DNA of 64,000 bases, from the NCBI GenBank assembly GCA_016936215.1, contig JAFGPL010000244.1, positions 983 to 64,982 on the forward strand, written 5' to 3'. Source of the stretch: Bacteroidales bacterium. Its GTDB lineage: Bacteria; Bacteroidota; Bacteroidia; Bacteroidales; UBA10428. The number at the start of each line of letters is the position of its first letter. Within the stretch, counting starts at the first letter, position 1. The position numbers and the translations under genes were made by a program. The notes beneath the pieces are model-generated. The model ran no database searches. It was not told where the DNA came from and saw only the letters and a list, made by a program, of their open reading frames with translations. Positions 10,801-19,433 of this stretch are shown here, piece by piece.

Positions 10801-11180
10801 TTGTTTACCCTATAGGCATTGCCGAGGTAATAATAAGACTCGGGGGGCGCCTGTTTTTCTTTAAAATTGTTTTCCCTGAAACCCGCGTTTATGTTTTTAA
10901 CTGCTTTTTGCAGGTAACTTATTGATTTTTCTTTTTGATAAGGGTTGTTGAGGTAACAGATACCAATTTTATACCTTATATGGTCGTTTTCAGGCTCGGC
11001 ATGAAGTATTTTCTGGTAAAGCGGAAGGGCATCGGCATACTCTTCGAAAAGAAAATAAGACTCTGCCTCGAGGAACATTTCTTTTAGTTCGCTTTGTGTC
11101 TGGGGATAGGCCGTAACACATATAATGTTTGAAAATACAAGGATAATAAGAAGCAGCCTGAATTGTTTATAACCTTTCAT
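7884..11180 (-). CDS. Giant paralog D: TPR + beta-propeller + two beta-sandwich domains + six ~66-aa helical repeats + C-terminal TM anchor
   Basis: ATG at 11180 (MKGYKQFRLLLIILVFSNIICVTAYPQ); the listed start at 11189 is TTG. Motifs YYLGNAYRVNNRLNEAIETYEYF, GGLDIYTS, GHYNMGGFDIFYS, GDDLFFVP. C-terminal LATILILANGLLLLIIIFFIL followed by RKKRKKKLKKT. Only 8 nt separate it from paralog C. Confidence 0.85.
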   Translation of the reverse strand: MKGYKQFRLLLIILVFSNIICVTAYPQTQSELKEMFLEAESYFLFEEYADALPLYQKILHAEPENDHIRYKIGICYLNNPYQKEKSISYLQKAVKNINAGFRENNFKEKQAPPESYYYLGNAYRVNNRLNEAIETYEYFKTILDPVVYDASLVDKQIKACKVALDIEKRPNYIVKQNLGEDINSRFAEINPIVSGDESTLVFTKKLQFYDGVFYCKKENGKWSYPVNLTPSFALDGNSYCTGLSWNGSELLVYRSDGFDGNVYISFRDGEKWSKLEKLGGNINTKYWESHASFSPDGQTLYFTSNRNGGFGGLDIYTSKRLGKNNWGEPVNFGQTINSEYNEDSPFLTGDGKTIYFSSQGHYNMGGFDIFYSTLLENGTWSKPLNAGYPINTTGDDLFFVPVKNGEFAYYAMFDPELGYGLDDLYRFEIFSDLHPRKFTLKGLALKTDEVKFNFENTTVKLIDKKTNKTFSETSINTDGTYSLNAQSGKFDLVISGKGIAESRETINIPVAHPSDIFAHQTTLSASTEEASSQQQEEIPQQIQPKLEIETENYTVSTGEPVAIRLNVDRNTTLDINIYNNDSLIKNEQLELNRRRFVYLYTPREGTNMLEFTLSDAEGNSVTKKVVIEYTPAPAPESIAEQVNKIPVKELESFRNLSQLSNGNLQKYLESLDFEQLGINSASELYDYLIKEMPGNSYTLAEIDNLFINYLAQKELSDYFEEIKKPASEKMKSYLSSLNPDSSGIYFPEKLVDILYSDIPTKPYPVDDLNYALTNIASKNTGNINDYLDILNANSSQEMGFALRKLESGIKNFAEPFQLTMHLYANAGEDRYTKKDVENLLKESSVNLDMDYLHQSMILNGKGNLKQTLSDLNLNTENIKTSKELLQYLWANAANKGYTNKEVIELVEYIKANSDKNLELFRQYLAKHASGNLKAVIQSLDLKEKGISTFADLLNYLINTSELHDYNRQTIYQLLLDIIGTENTADFVKLLKKNAGLDLNRTLELIDMQQFSSPYELLQHLIGYTGEYKFTEQDLLNLLLKLVFDKGLDVGETDITADSQDKTAKKKLATILILANGLLLLIIIFFILRKKRKKKLKKT

Positions 11181-11526
11181 AAGGCACAAGTTTGATTATG
11201 AACAAATTTAATAATAAAAATTTAATGCATCAGAATAATATCATACCAATAAAACGTTATCAGGAAGCCAAATCACCTGATTTTAAGTTGAGTTTTTATA
11301 ACAGGCCGATTTGCAAAACTATACCTGATTTGAGAACCCTGCCCGGGTATCCTCCTATTTTAATTTAATGGCAAGATATAAAAAAAAATGAATTCTTAAT
11401 TATTCAGTTACAAACAGATAAATGCAATTTGTTGAAAACTTCAGGTTTTCACTGGTAAAATAATAACAGTAAATAAATGTATTTCAATATATTTCAGCGA
11501 AATAAGGAGAGGCCGGACTTTTAAAC

Positions 11527-12864
11527 TTAAACGTATTCCGAAGTATCAAAATTTTCAAGTTTTTGGGCAATACTGTTTAAAAAACTGCCACCGAGTGCCC
11601 CGTCAATAATGCGGTGGTCATATGTAAGCGAGAGCATAACAATATCGCGTATTCCAATGGTTAATGTTTCGTTTACGTTTACCACTGCAGGTTTTTTTCT
11701 GATAGTGCCTACTGCAAGTATTGCCACTTCGGGCTGGTTGATAATGGGTGTGCCGGTAAGGCTGTTATATTGTCCGATATTCGTAATGGTGAAAGTACTG
11801 CCTTTTATCTCTGTTGGTAAAAGTTTGTTTTCACGCGCCCTGCGTGTGAGGTCGCTGATTTTTGATGCCAGCCCTTTTAAGTTATCTTTATCAGCTTGCT
11901 TGATAACAGCTACAATCAGGTTCCCGTTGGTGAGAGCAGTAGCAAGACCGATGTTTATCTCTTTTTTAATCAGTATTTTATCTCCATCAACAGATGAATT
12001 GATTTTGGGATATTCTTTGAGGGCTTTGGCTACTGCACTTGTAATCAAAGCGGTGTATGTAAGGTTTACCCCTTCTTTTTCAATAAACCTGTTTTTTATG
12101 CTTTCTCTCCAGTTAACCAGTTCTGTAACATCGGCTTCAATAAAAGAGGTTACGTGCGGCGCTGTTTTCTTCGATTTGAGCATGTTATCTGCAATAAGCT
12201 TTCGCACCCTGTCCATTTCAATAATCTCACCGACGTCATTGCCCGGGCCTGGTGATTTTTCTTTTTGCGGGGGATCAGCAATTTCCCCTTGTAACTGCGA
12301 TGATGCAAACCGGTAAGGGCGACCTGCCAAAATATAGTTTTTAAGATCTTCCCTGGTTAACCGGTTATCAGTTCCTGTACCCTTAATATGTTGTAATTCT
12401 GAAATAGGTATTCCACGCTGTTTGGCAAGATTTTTTACGAATGGAGAAAGATATTCGCTTTTCCGGGCGGGATGGGAAGACTGAAATTCAGTTATGTTAC
12501 CGGAGTATTCCATTTCCGGCATCTGAATTTCAGTATCCGGTTTTTTGAAGTTTCCGGAAGCTGTTTCAGAATCGTTATCGTCTGTTTCAAAGCTTTCTGA
12601 AGTTTCTGAACCGGCAATATCGTTGCTGGTTTCAATAATGGCAATTACCTCGCCCACTTTGGGGATTTCCCCTTCGCGGTAAACAATTTTTTTTAGTATA
12701 CCGTTAACGGGGGAAGGAATTTCTGAGTCAACCTTATCTGTTGCAACCTCTACCAGCGAATGGTCTTCTTCAATGGCGCTGCCTTCTTCAATAAACCATT
12801 TTGTTATGGTCGCTTCAATTATGCCTTCGCCCATTGCAGGAAGTTTTAATTCAAACTTTGCCAT
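11527..12864 (-). CDS. 2-oxoacid dehydrogenase E2 component (dihydrolipoamide acyltransferase)
   Basis: Lipoyl domain (VEVATDKVDSEIPSP), E3-binding segment (SPFVKNLAKQRGIPISEL), catalytic domain with DHRIIDG. Confidence 0.9.
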   Translation of the reverse strand: MAKFELKLPAMGEGIIEATITKWFIEEGSAIEEDHSLVEVATDKVDSEIPSPVNGILKKIVYREGEIPKVGEVIAIIETSNDIAGSETSESFETDDNDSETASGNFKKPDTEIQMPEMEYSGNITEFQSSHPARKSEYLSPFVKNLAKQRGIPISELQHIKGTGTDNRLTREDLKNYILAGRPYRFASSQLQGEIADPPQKEKSPGPGNDVGEIIEMDRVRKLIADNMLKSKKTAPHVTSFIEADVTELVNWRESIKNRFIEKEGVNLTYTALITSAVAKALKEYPKINSSVDGDKILIKKEINIGLATALTNGNLIVAVIKQADKDNLKGLASKISDLTRRARENKLLPTEIKGSTFTITNIGQYNSLTGTPIINQPEVAILAVGTIRKKPAVVNVNETLTIGIRDIVMLSLTYDHRIIDGALGGSFLNSIAQKLENFDTSEYV

Positions 12865-12879
12865 ATAATAGTTTATTTT

Positions 12880-14850
12880 TCAGGATATTGACCTTCCGAG
12901 TTTATTAAAAGCCCTGAAAAGGATATTTATGTCGTTCCTTACCTTATAGTCTTTGGCATAAAGCATGTTTACCTTAGCGCTTAAAGATTCATCAATAAGA
13001 TTATCCTGTATTACATCTGCGGGGTTTAAAATGCCTTTTTTTAAACGGGGCAGTTTATCCTGGTCGTCAGTCTTTTCCTGGTGATAACCTATTAATGAAT
13101 ACTTTCCCGTTAGCACCAGGGCCAGGTTTTTAATCATTTTAAAAGGTTTAGGAATGAACAAAGCAGTAACAGGGCTCAGGACGATTAAGATAAATGATGA
13201 GAAGACATCGAAAAACCTTTTTCGCCGCTGGTTGATGTTTCTTGATATGGCATTGAAATTTAATATATAAAGTTCACCTGCTGTATTGATAGAATTGCTC
13301 CCGATTATTGAAAGACTTTCGGGCGGGGCTATTTTAAAATCTACATCGGTACTGGTAAAATGAAGCATTGCACCGATAATATCCTGTGAACTCATGCTTT
13401 TTGAGCAAAAAATAATTTCATCAACCTTGTTAATGGAGACAATATCTTCAATTTGTGAAATGTTGCCTATAAATCCGCCGTTTATCTCATTTTCACCAGG
13501 ATGCACTATTCCCACAACCTCGGGTTTTATATGGGTTTGTTCAAGTATGGTCAGAACCCTGTTGCTTTCATCTTTATCGCCCACAATAATAATTCTTTTA
13601 TGTTCTTTGAATATTTCAAACTTAAAGTTCTCTTTACTGATTACATTTAACAAAAAACGTACACCAAATGTTGTAAGCAATGCCCAAATTGTTCCGAGCA
13701 GGATTAGTGCCCTCGAAAATCTGAAATGCTCGGGAAGCAGTGCGTAAATTACAAGAATAAAGAGCGTTCCGGTTAATATTCCCCTTACAAGGTTGCCCGG
13801 TTTAATGTGTTTTTCGTAACCGCCCGACAGGTAAACAGAAACAGTCCATAACAGAATGTAAGTAGGTACTGCAAGCAACAGGTATGCTTGAGGGTATGTA
13901 CCGCTGTTTTGAAAAATATATTTTTCCCACAAAGGGGTAAAAAGATAAAAGCCCAGGTAAATAAAGAAAATGTTGAGCAGCGGGTTGATAAAATTAATAA
14001 TAAAGCGCCGCAGGATAGAGATTGTCGCCCTGATGTAAATGGCAGTATTTATCAGAAGGCTGAAAAACCGGGCATTGTTTTTTGTAAAGTATTTACCGGC
14101 GAAGATCATCATTGCCCTGTAAAATACCAGCACATAATTGATGCTGCTTTTCTTCGTGCTTTCGCCCTTGTAATGAATGATGGTAGTCCCGGGAAAATAG
14201 TAATTATTATAACCGGTAAGCAATATTCTGTAGGAGAGGTCAATGTCTTCGCCATACATAAAATAATCTTCATCGAGAAGCCCTATTTTATCGAATATTT
14301 CTTTCCTGACAAGCATATAGGCCCCGGGCAGCACTTCAACTTTGTGGGTTTTTTCTTTGTCAAGATACCCCAGGTGGTACCTGCCAAAGATTTTAGATTT
14401 AGGGAAGAGGGCGGAAAGCCCGAAGACTTTGTAAAATGCCACGATAGGTTTTGGCAATGAGCGTTTTGACTCTGGCAGGAATTTCCCTTTGCCGTCAATC
14501 ATTTTCACACCCATACTGCCGGCATCGGGATGTTCATCCATAAAGGCAATGCATTTTTCAAATGTTTCTTCCTCAACAACCGTATCAGGGTTGAGCAGGA
14601 GGATGTATCTTCCTTGGGCTTCTTTGATAGCCTGGTTATTTGCTTTGGCAAAACCCGAGTTTACTTTGTTCTCTATTAACCTTACATTAGGGAACTTTTC
14701 TTTTATCATCGGGCATGACCCGTCAACAGAATTGTTGTCAACAACAAAAATTTCGGCTGCGATATTTTTGGATGAATTGATTACCGAATAGAGGCACTGC
14801 TCCAAAAAAAATTTTACGTTGTAATTAACTATGATTACAGAAAGGTCCAT
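12880..14850 (-). CDS. Family 2 glycosyltransferase fused to a WbaP-like membrane/Rossmann module with a degenerate sugar-phosphotransferase end
   Basis: N-terminal GT2 (VIIVNYN...VVDNNSVDGS...LNPD). Multiple TM helices. KRIIIVGDKDES Rossmann-like segment. C-terminal KRFFDVFSSFILIVLSPV... and LTGKYSLIG resemble the edges of the bacterial sugar transferase domain. Confidence 0.8.
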   Translation of the reverse strand: MDLSVIIVNYNVKFFLEQCLYSVINSSKNIAAEIFVVDNNSVDGSCPMIKEKFPNVRLIENKVNSGFAKANNQAIKEAQGRYILLLNPDTVVEEETFEKCIAFMDEHPDAGSMGVKMIDGKGKFLPESKRSLPKPIVAFYKVFGLSALFPKSKIFGRYHLGYLDKEKTHKVEVLPGAYMLVRKEIFDKIGLLDEDYFMYGEDIDLSYRILLTGYNNYYFPGTTIIHYKGESTKKSSINYVLVFYRAMMIFAGKYFTKNNARFFSLLINTAIYIRATISILRRFIINFINPLLNIFFIYLGFYLFTPLWEKYIFQNSGTYPQAYLLLAVPTYILLWTVSVYLSGGYEKHIKPGNLVRGILTGTLFILVIYALLPEHFRFSRALILLGTIWALLTTFGVRFLLNVISKENFKFEIFKEHKRIIIVGDKDESNRVLTILEQTHIKPEVVGIVHPGENEINGGFIGNISQIEDIVSINKVDEIIFCSKSMSSQDIIGAMLHFTSTDVDFKIAPPESLSIIGSNSINTAGELYILNFNAISRNINQRRKRFFDVFSSFILIVLSPVTALFIPKPFKMIKNLALVLTGKYSLIGYHQEKTDDQDKLPRLKKGILNPADVIQDNLIDESLSAKVNMLYAKDYKVRNDINILFRAFNKLGRSIS

Positions 14851-14939
14851 TTATACGTGTTGCAAAAAAGACCAAAAATATAAAAACTCACCGATTTATC
14901 ACTGATAAATATTTTAAAACCCGGGCTTCGGCCTGGTCG

Positions 14940-15671
14940 TTATTCAGGCAGGTATTTGGCACATTCCATAAGCACCATTTTACATGCATTGACATTTCCG
15001 GCTTTACATGCTTTCTGGAAAAACACACAGGCATTGTCGAGTTCTTCAAGCCGAAAGTATGACATGCCGAGGTTAAAATTCGTTTCGGCATTGTCTGGAT
15101 TTATCGCAACAGCTTTTTCAAAATCCTGCACAGCAGCATTATAATCCCTGAGCTGATAATTCAGGAACCCCCTGCTATGATATGCGCTGGCGTTGTTGTT
15201 GTTAAGTTCAATTGATTTTGAAAAATCCTCTGTTGCTTTCTCATATTCAAGTATATTCATATTTGCTATGCCCCTGTTAAGATAAACTTTATAAAGTTCT
15301 GTGGCCCCCGGCATGCTAATGATTTTGTCAAAATCTTCTATGGCTTTTTTAAATTTCTGCCGGCTGTTGTTAATAAGGCCGCGCAGGTAGTAAAACTCGC
15401 TTTCCTGCGGGTGATTCATCACTGCTTTTTCTGCCAGTTCGAGCGATAATTTTAAATCTTCTTTCAGGAAATTTATATAAATCTGTAGTTGTAAGCCCTT
15501 TAAGTTGTTTGGCTCAAGGTTCAGTGCCTCTTCAACTTTAACAAGGGCTTCATCATACCTTGTGCTTTTAAGGCTTTTATCGGCTTCGGCCAATAATTGT
15601 TCGGCCTTCGACTGACCGAAAGCAGAAACCATAATGAAAACAAGCATTAATACTGATAAGGCAAACTTCAT
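14940..15671 (-). CDS. Secreted TPR-repeat protein
   Basis: ATG at 15671 gives MKFALSVLMLVFIMVSAFGQ; the listed start is TTG. Repeated A..YY.RG/..A..DF.KAI TPR signatures. Cys-rich tail CVFFQKACKAGNVNACKMVLMEC. Confidence 0.8.
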   Translation of the reverse strand: MKFALSVLMLVFIMVSAFGQSKAEQLLAEADKSLKSTRYDEALVKVEEALNLEPNNLKGLQLQIYINFLKEDLKLSLELAEKAVMNHPQESEFYYLRGLINNSRQKFKKAIEDFDKIISMPGATELYKVYLNRGIANMNILEYEKATEDFSKSIELNNNNASAYHSRGFLNYQLRDYNAAVQDFEKAVAINPDNAETNFNLGMSYFRLEELDNACVFFQKACKAGNVNACKMVLMECAKYLPE

Positions 15672-15875
15672 GGTCAACTATTTCTTAACAGCTCCTAAGA
15701 TAGAAATTATTGATGTGATTGTCAAAAAACGTAATAGCATAATTTTAACACATAGATAAACAAATAAAAAAAAGGTGTTTTAAAAGCCTTTCTGCCCTAC
15801 ATCCATAAAAACTTTAGGAATGCAGATTAAAGTACTTTTAAGGCACCCTTCCGGCTAAAAAATCAGAAATACCGG

Positions 15876-16721
15876 CTACTTGACCAGCTTTTTAAAATCG
15901 CTTGACAGGAACCCGTCAGGATTTTTATCGCTTATTTTGTGGTAGTCGAAATAATAAAAGTTTGCATCACCGGCACCAATTATCACCTTATAGCACCGTG
16001 CATCAATTTTAGTCCCTTCGGGCCCTACCTTGTGAAGAAATACAACATCTTCGTTTCGTTCCTCAATGGCCTGCTCTATTTCTTCTTTGGTAACTATTTT
16101 AAATTTGTAGGGATATATTTTTTTTATCCTGGCCACTGAATTAACATCTTTTGCCAGTTCATTTTCGAGCACGTACAGGGTTTTGTCCTTAATGTCCCTG
16201 ATATTATCGTTGTAATGTTTCAGTACATTTGCAGATACTATTTCAGGTTGCTCTTTTATCAGTAAAGCGTGTTTTTGGATAAACCTCACCAAGATTCCGA
16301 GTTTATAAGCATAATTATCTTCCTCTACATTAAAATATGCCACAGGTACCGAGGCAATGTCGGGCATCTGGTTCAGACGGAAATAATCACCCCCGAGTGA
16401 TAGATGCAAAAACCTGTATTGTGCATCGGTTTTATCATTTTCAAAACTAACCTGCGTCATGAGCAGGAAAGAATACTTGGCGTCCATCCTTTTTTCCTCA
16501 AATTCTTTAAATGAAATAAAATCGTATTCGGTAATATTCCATTCCTGTTTCATTACGTCTTTGATCACCATGTTGAACTCAAGCAGAGGATTGTCTTCAA
16601 GCACTACAAGGGTTTTTGTAGTGAAAAATGTATTAATATCTTCACGGGTAGGTACGTAACCTTGTGAAAACAAGGGCTTCATCAAACCCGACAACAAAAG
16701 CATAAACAATATTTTTTTCAT
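15876..16721 (-). CDS. Secreted hypothetical protein
   Basis: Long ORF with ATG start and signal peptide MKKILFMLLLSGLMKPLFSQ. No recognisable motif. Confidence 0.7.
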   Translation of the reverse strand: MKKILFMLLLSGLMKPLFSQGYVPTREDINTFFTTKTLVVLEDNPLLEFNMVIKDVMKQEWNITEYDFISFKEFEEKRMDAKYSFLLMTQVSFENDKTDAQYRFLHLSLGGDYFRLNQMPDIASVPVAYFNVEEDNYAYKLGILVRFIQKHALLIKEQPEIVSANVLKHYNDNIRDIKDKTLYVLENELAKDVNSVARIKKIYPYKFKIVTKEEIEQAIEERNEDVVFLHKVGPEGTKIDARCYKVIIGAGDANFYYFDYHKISDKNPDGFLSSDFKKLVK

Positions 16722-16862
16722 CCGGATAAAATTTAATTTTCAAAGGTCGGATGTAACCCACATGTCTCAAATTCAGTGTTTTAATTGCACCGATTTGAGA
16801 TTTTTTTCATCCGCCTTTGTGTTAAACATGATTTAACATGTGGGTTTCATAATAAATAATTT

Positions 16863-17543
16863 TTATTTAGGAAAATACAAAGGATTTCTTTCATTAAATT
16901 TCCTGATATACAAAAATTTAAGCTGTTTCTTTTTTTTGTTTTTTAAAGCCGTGTATTCATCATGTAGTTCAGGGTCTTTCATTAATAAAAGCTCTACGGT
17001 GGTGGTTTCATATTCCATAACCCTTCCCGTGCCAAAATCTATAAGATATTGTCGCATCTCTGTGGTGTTGCGGGTTGCAGGGCGCATACCGTACGGGTAA
17101 TAATCGTAATAGTTGTAATAGGGATAGCCGTAACCATAGGCAGGGGTATAGGTGGTAAGGTTGGCAACAAAATGACAGATACTGCCGATAATAGTAATTC
17201 TGTAAAAACCATCGTTTATGGCAATATATAATACGCCGTTGCGCGAATAGCCCCATATGTTTTTAACAGGTATCTCCTGTTTAACTCCGTTCTGGTCGTA
17301 ATAAAACAGCTTTTTGCCTTCTGTTATGCGGTCGAAAAAATAGGGGTCGTCGTAGCCAACATCGGTAAGTATTCTCGATTTGGGGATAGGGTTATTGTTT
17401 TTTACCTGTTCAAAATTTACAAAAATACCTTCTTTAAATTTAAACTCGGGGGTGTATTTTAACATGTTTGAGGAATCTCCCTGTGCGGACAGTTGAATTC
17501 CGACAATCATATAATAAAACAGCACGATTGTAATTCTCATCAT
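16863..17543 (-). CDS. Secreted hypothetical protein with a Tyr-rich low-complexity insert
   Basis: ATG start, hydrophobic N-terminus, segment TPAYGYGYPYYNYYDYYPYG. No recognisable family. Confidence 0.65.
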   Translation of the reverse strand: MMRITIVLFYYMIVGIQLSAQGDSSNMLKYTPEFKFKEGIFVNFEQVKNNNPIPKSRILTDVGYDDPYFFDRITEGKKLFYYDQNGVKQEIPVKNIWGYSRNGVLYIAINDGFYRITIIGSICHFVANLTTYTPAYGYGYPYYNYYDYYPYGMRPATRNTTEMRQYLIDFGTGRVMEYETTTVELLLMKDPELHDEYTALKNKKKKQLKFLYIRKFNERNPLYFPK

Positions 17544-17680
17544 ATTTTGTTAACCTTCATAACAAATTTACAATTTAATCAGAAACCTTAAAATATTAAC
17601 GACACAAAATGTGAAGTAGTATCTTATACGAGCAAACTATTTTTTTCATATAAAAAATAGTTATCTTTATAATCGAAACA

Positions 17681-19432
17681 ATGCTTATCATGAGATTCTT
17701 AGAGAACCTGTCTGATAAATATATAAAAAAAGTTACTGAAAAGGTTGTTCCAGAGGACTCAAACAAGACATTTGTGGTACACCTTATTTCACTAATATAC
17801 AGTGTTGCCTGTATCATTTACGCTGTAATATCTTTTTATTTTGAAAATTATGCGTTGGCAATATGTGCGGTAATTGCATTCATTGCAGGTTTAAGTGCAT
17901 TTATCATAAACAGGTTTCTTAATAATTTTAAAATATCAAGAACAATCCTGGTCACTGTCGGCCTGGTTTTTTTGTCCTATATACTTTTAACAAGGGGTGT
18001 CAATACGATTGATTTTGTATGGCTTTTTACTTTTCCGGTTGGTGTTGTCATCTTGTTCGGAAGCCGTACAGGGGGAATTATGTCATTATTATTCTTTGTT
18101 TTACTGGCAACACTCTTTTTTGCCGAAGACATACTTGGATTGAAGGTAGCATTTGACAATATAGTTGCCCTGAAAATTCTCATTGCATACATTCTCCTGC
18201 ATACATTTATCTATCTGGTTGAGTTTGAGCGAACCTACAGTTATAAAAGACAGGAAAAGAATATTTTTGATTCCAAAACAGAAACGAGGAAAAAAGATGA
18301 TTTCATCTCGAAATTATCTCACCAGATAAGGACCCCTCTGAATAACCTTACCATGGTTTCGAACCTTATTGACAGAAGCAAGCTTGATAATGAAATGCTG
18401 GATTTGTTCGATACCATTGTGGCATCTACCAATAACCTTATCAACGTAGTTGATAATATCGTTCAGGTTTCGAGCATTGCTGTTGAAAAGGATATCCTCA
18501 GTAAAACAAGTTTTGACCTGTATTCTGCCATTGACAATACCCTGAGGATATTCAGGGACCAGCATAAAGACAACCTGGAGATTAATCTCGAAATATCTCC
18601 AAAAATCAGGTTTAACCTAATTGGGGACCCTATCAGGCTGAAGCAGGTTTTTTTAAATCTTCTTGAAAATATTATCAAAGTAGTTGATGATGCTAAGAAT
18701 GTTCTGGATATAGAAATCTCACCCGAGAAACATATTGATGACTTTGTAAAAATGTCATTCGCGATTACTTGTCCGGTGATTGATATTCAAAAAATGAAAT
18801 CGGGAAGTTATGTGGTTATTACAAGCCACGGTAAGGATAATACGAAAGAGGAAGTTGTCCTTGATCTGGCTATTGCCAATAAAATCATTGAATATCACAA
18901 TGGCACGCTGTTGGTTGAATCAGATAATTATGTCACCCGGTTTACATTTACTCTTGATATGCAGGCCGACCTTACCAAATTGGCAGAAACGGGTAAGCCA
19001 GATCATGAGGGTACTTCGGGGATGATGATCCAGCCTAAGGAACGTATTGACCTGAAAGATTCCAATGTTTTACTTGTTGAAGACAACGCTATCAACCAGA
19101 AGATTGTGATCTTAAGCCTTAAAAATTTCGTAAAAAACATTGATGTCGCGATCAATGGTAAAGAAGCGCTGGACAAATTCGGTTCTTCGAAATACGACCT
19201 GATACTTATGGATATACAGATGCCTGTGATGAACGGTATTATTGCCACGAAAAAAATCCGCGAACTTGAAGCCAGTACAAATACTCATGTGCCGATTATT
19301 GCCATTACGGCAAATGCGCTTTCGGGTGACAAAGAAGCCTGCCTGGCAGCGGGTATGAACGAATATATCAGCAAGCCATTCCAGATTGATGTATTGTTAA
19401 ACAAAATGAAAATATTGTTGGATAAAGAATAA
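17681..19432 (+). CDS. Hybrid sensor histidine kinase/response regulator (multi-TM sensor, HisKA, degenerate HATPase, REC)
   Basis: About 6 TM helices. H-box FISKLSHQIRTPLNNL. N-box-like LNLLENIIKV. No DxGxG or GxGLG boxes. REC domain VLLVEDNAINQ...LILMDIQMP...ISKPF. Confidence 0.85.
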   Translation: MLIMRFLENLSDKYIKKVTEKVVPEDSNKTFVVHLISLIYSVACIIYAVISFYFENYALAICAVIAFIAGLSAFIINRFLNNFKISRTILVTVGLVFLSYILLTRGVNTIDFVWLFTFPVGVVILFGSRTGGIMSLLFFVLLATLFFAEDILGLKVAFDNIVALKILIAYILLHTFIYLVEFERTYSYKRQEKNIFDSKTETRKKDDFISKLSHQIRTPLNNLTMVSNLIDRSKLDNEMLDLFDTIVASTNNLINVVDNIVQVSSIAVEKDILSKTSFDLYSAIDNTLRIFRDQHKDNLEINLEISPKIRFNLIGDPIRLKQVFLNLLENIIKVVDDAKNVLDIEISPEKHIDDFVKMSFAITCPVIDIQKMKSGSYVVITSHGKDNTKEEVVLDLAIANKIIEYHNGTLLVESDNYVTRFTFTLDMQADLTKLAETGKPDHEGTSGMMIQPKERIDLKDSNVLLVEDNAINQKIVILSLKNFVKNIDVAINGKEALDKFGSSKYDLILMDIQMPVMNGIIATKKIRELEASTNTHVPIIAITANALSGDKEACLAAGMNEYISKPFQIDVLLNKMKILLDKE

Positions 19433-19433
19433 A

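Noticed and set aside
11609-12316. 235-aa plus-strand ORF, with similar long antisense ORFs at 13888..14460, 21739..22260, 23465..23950, 32508..33032, 40918..41535 and 4109..4327
   Set aside because: Each lies entirely inside, and antisense to, a gene with strong family motifs (E2, GT2, M19-like, HoxH, sensor kinase, ABC genes, OmpA paralog). Their products are low-complexity or hydrophobic nonsense with no motifs. They are typical shadow ORFs.
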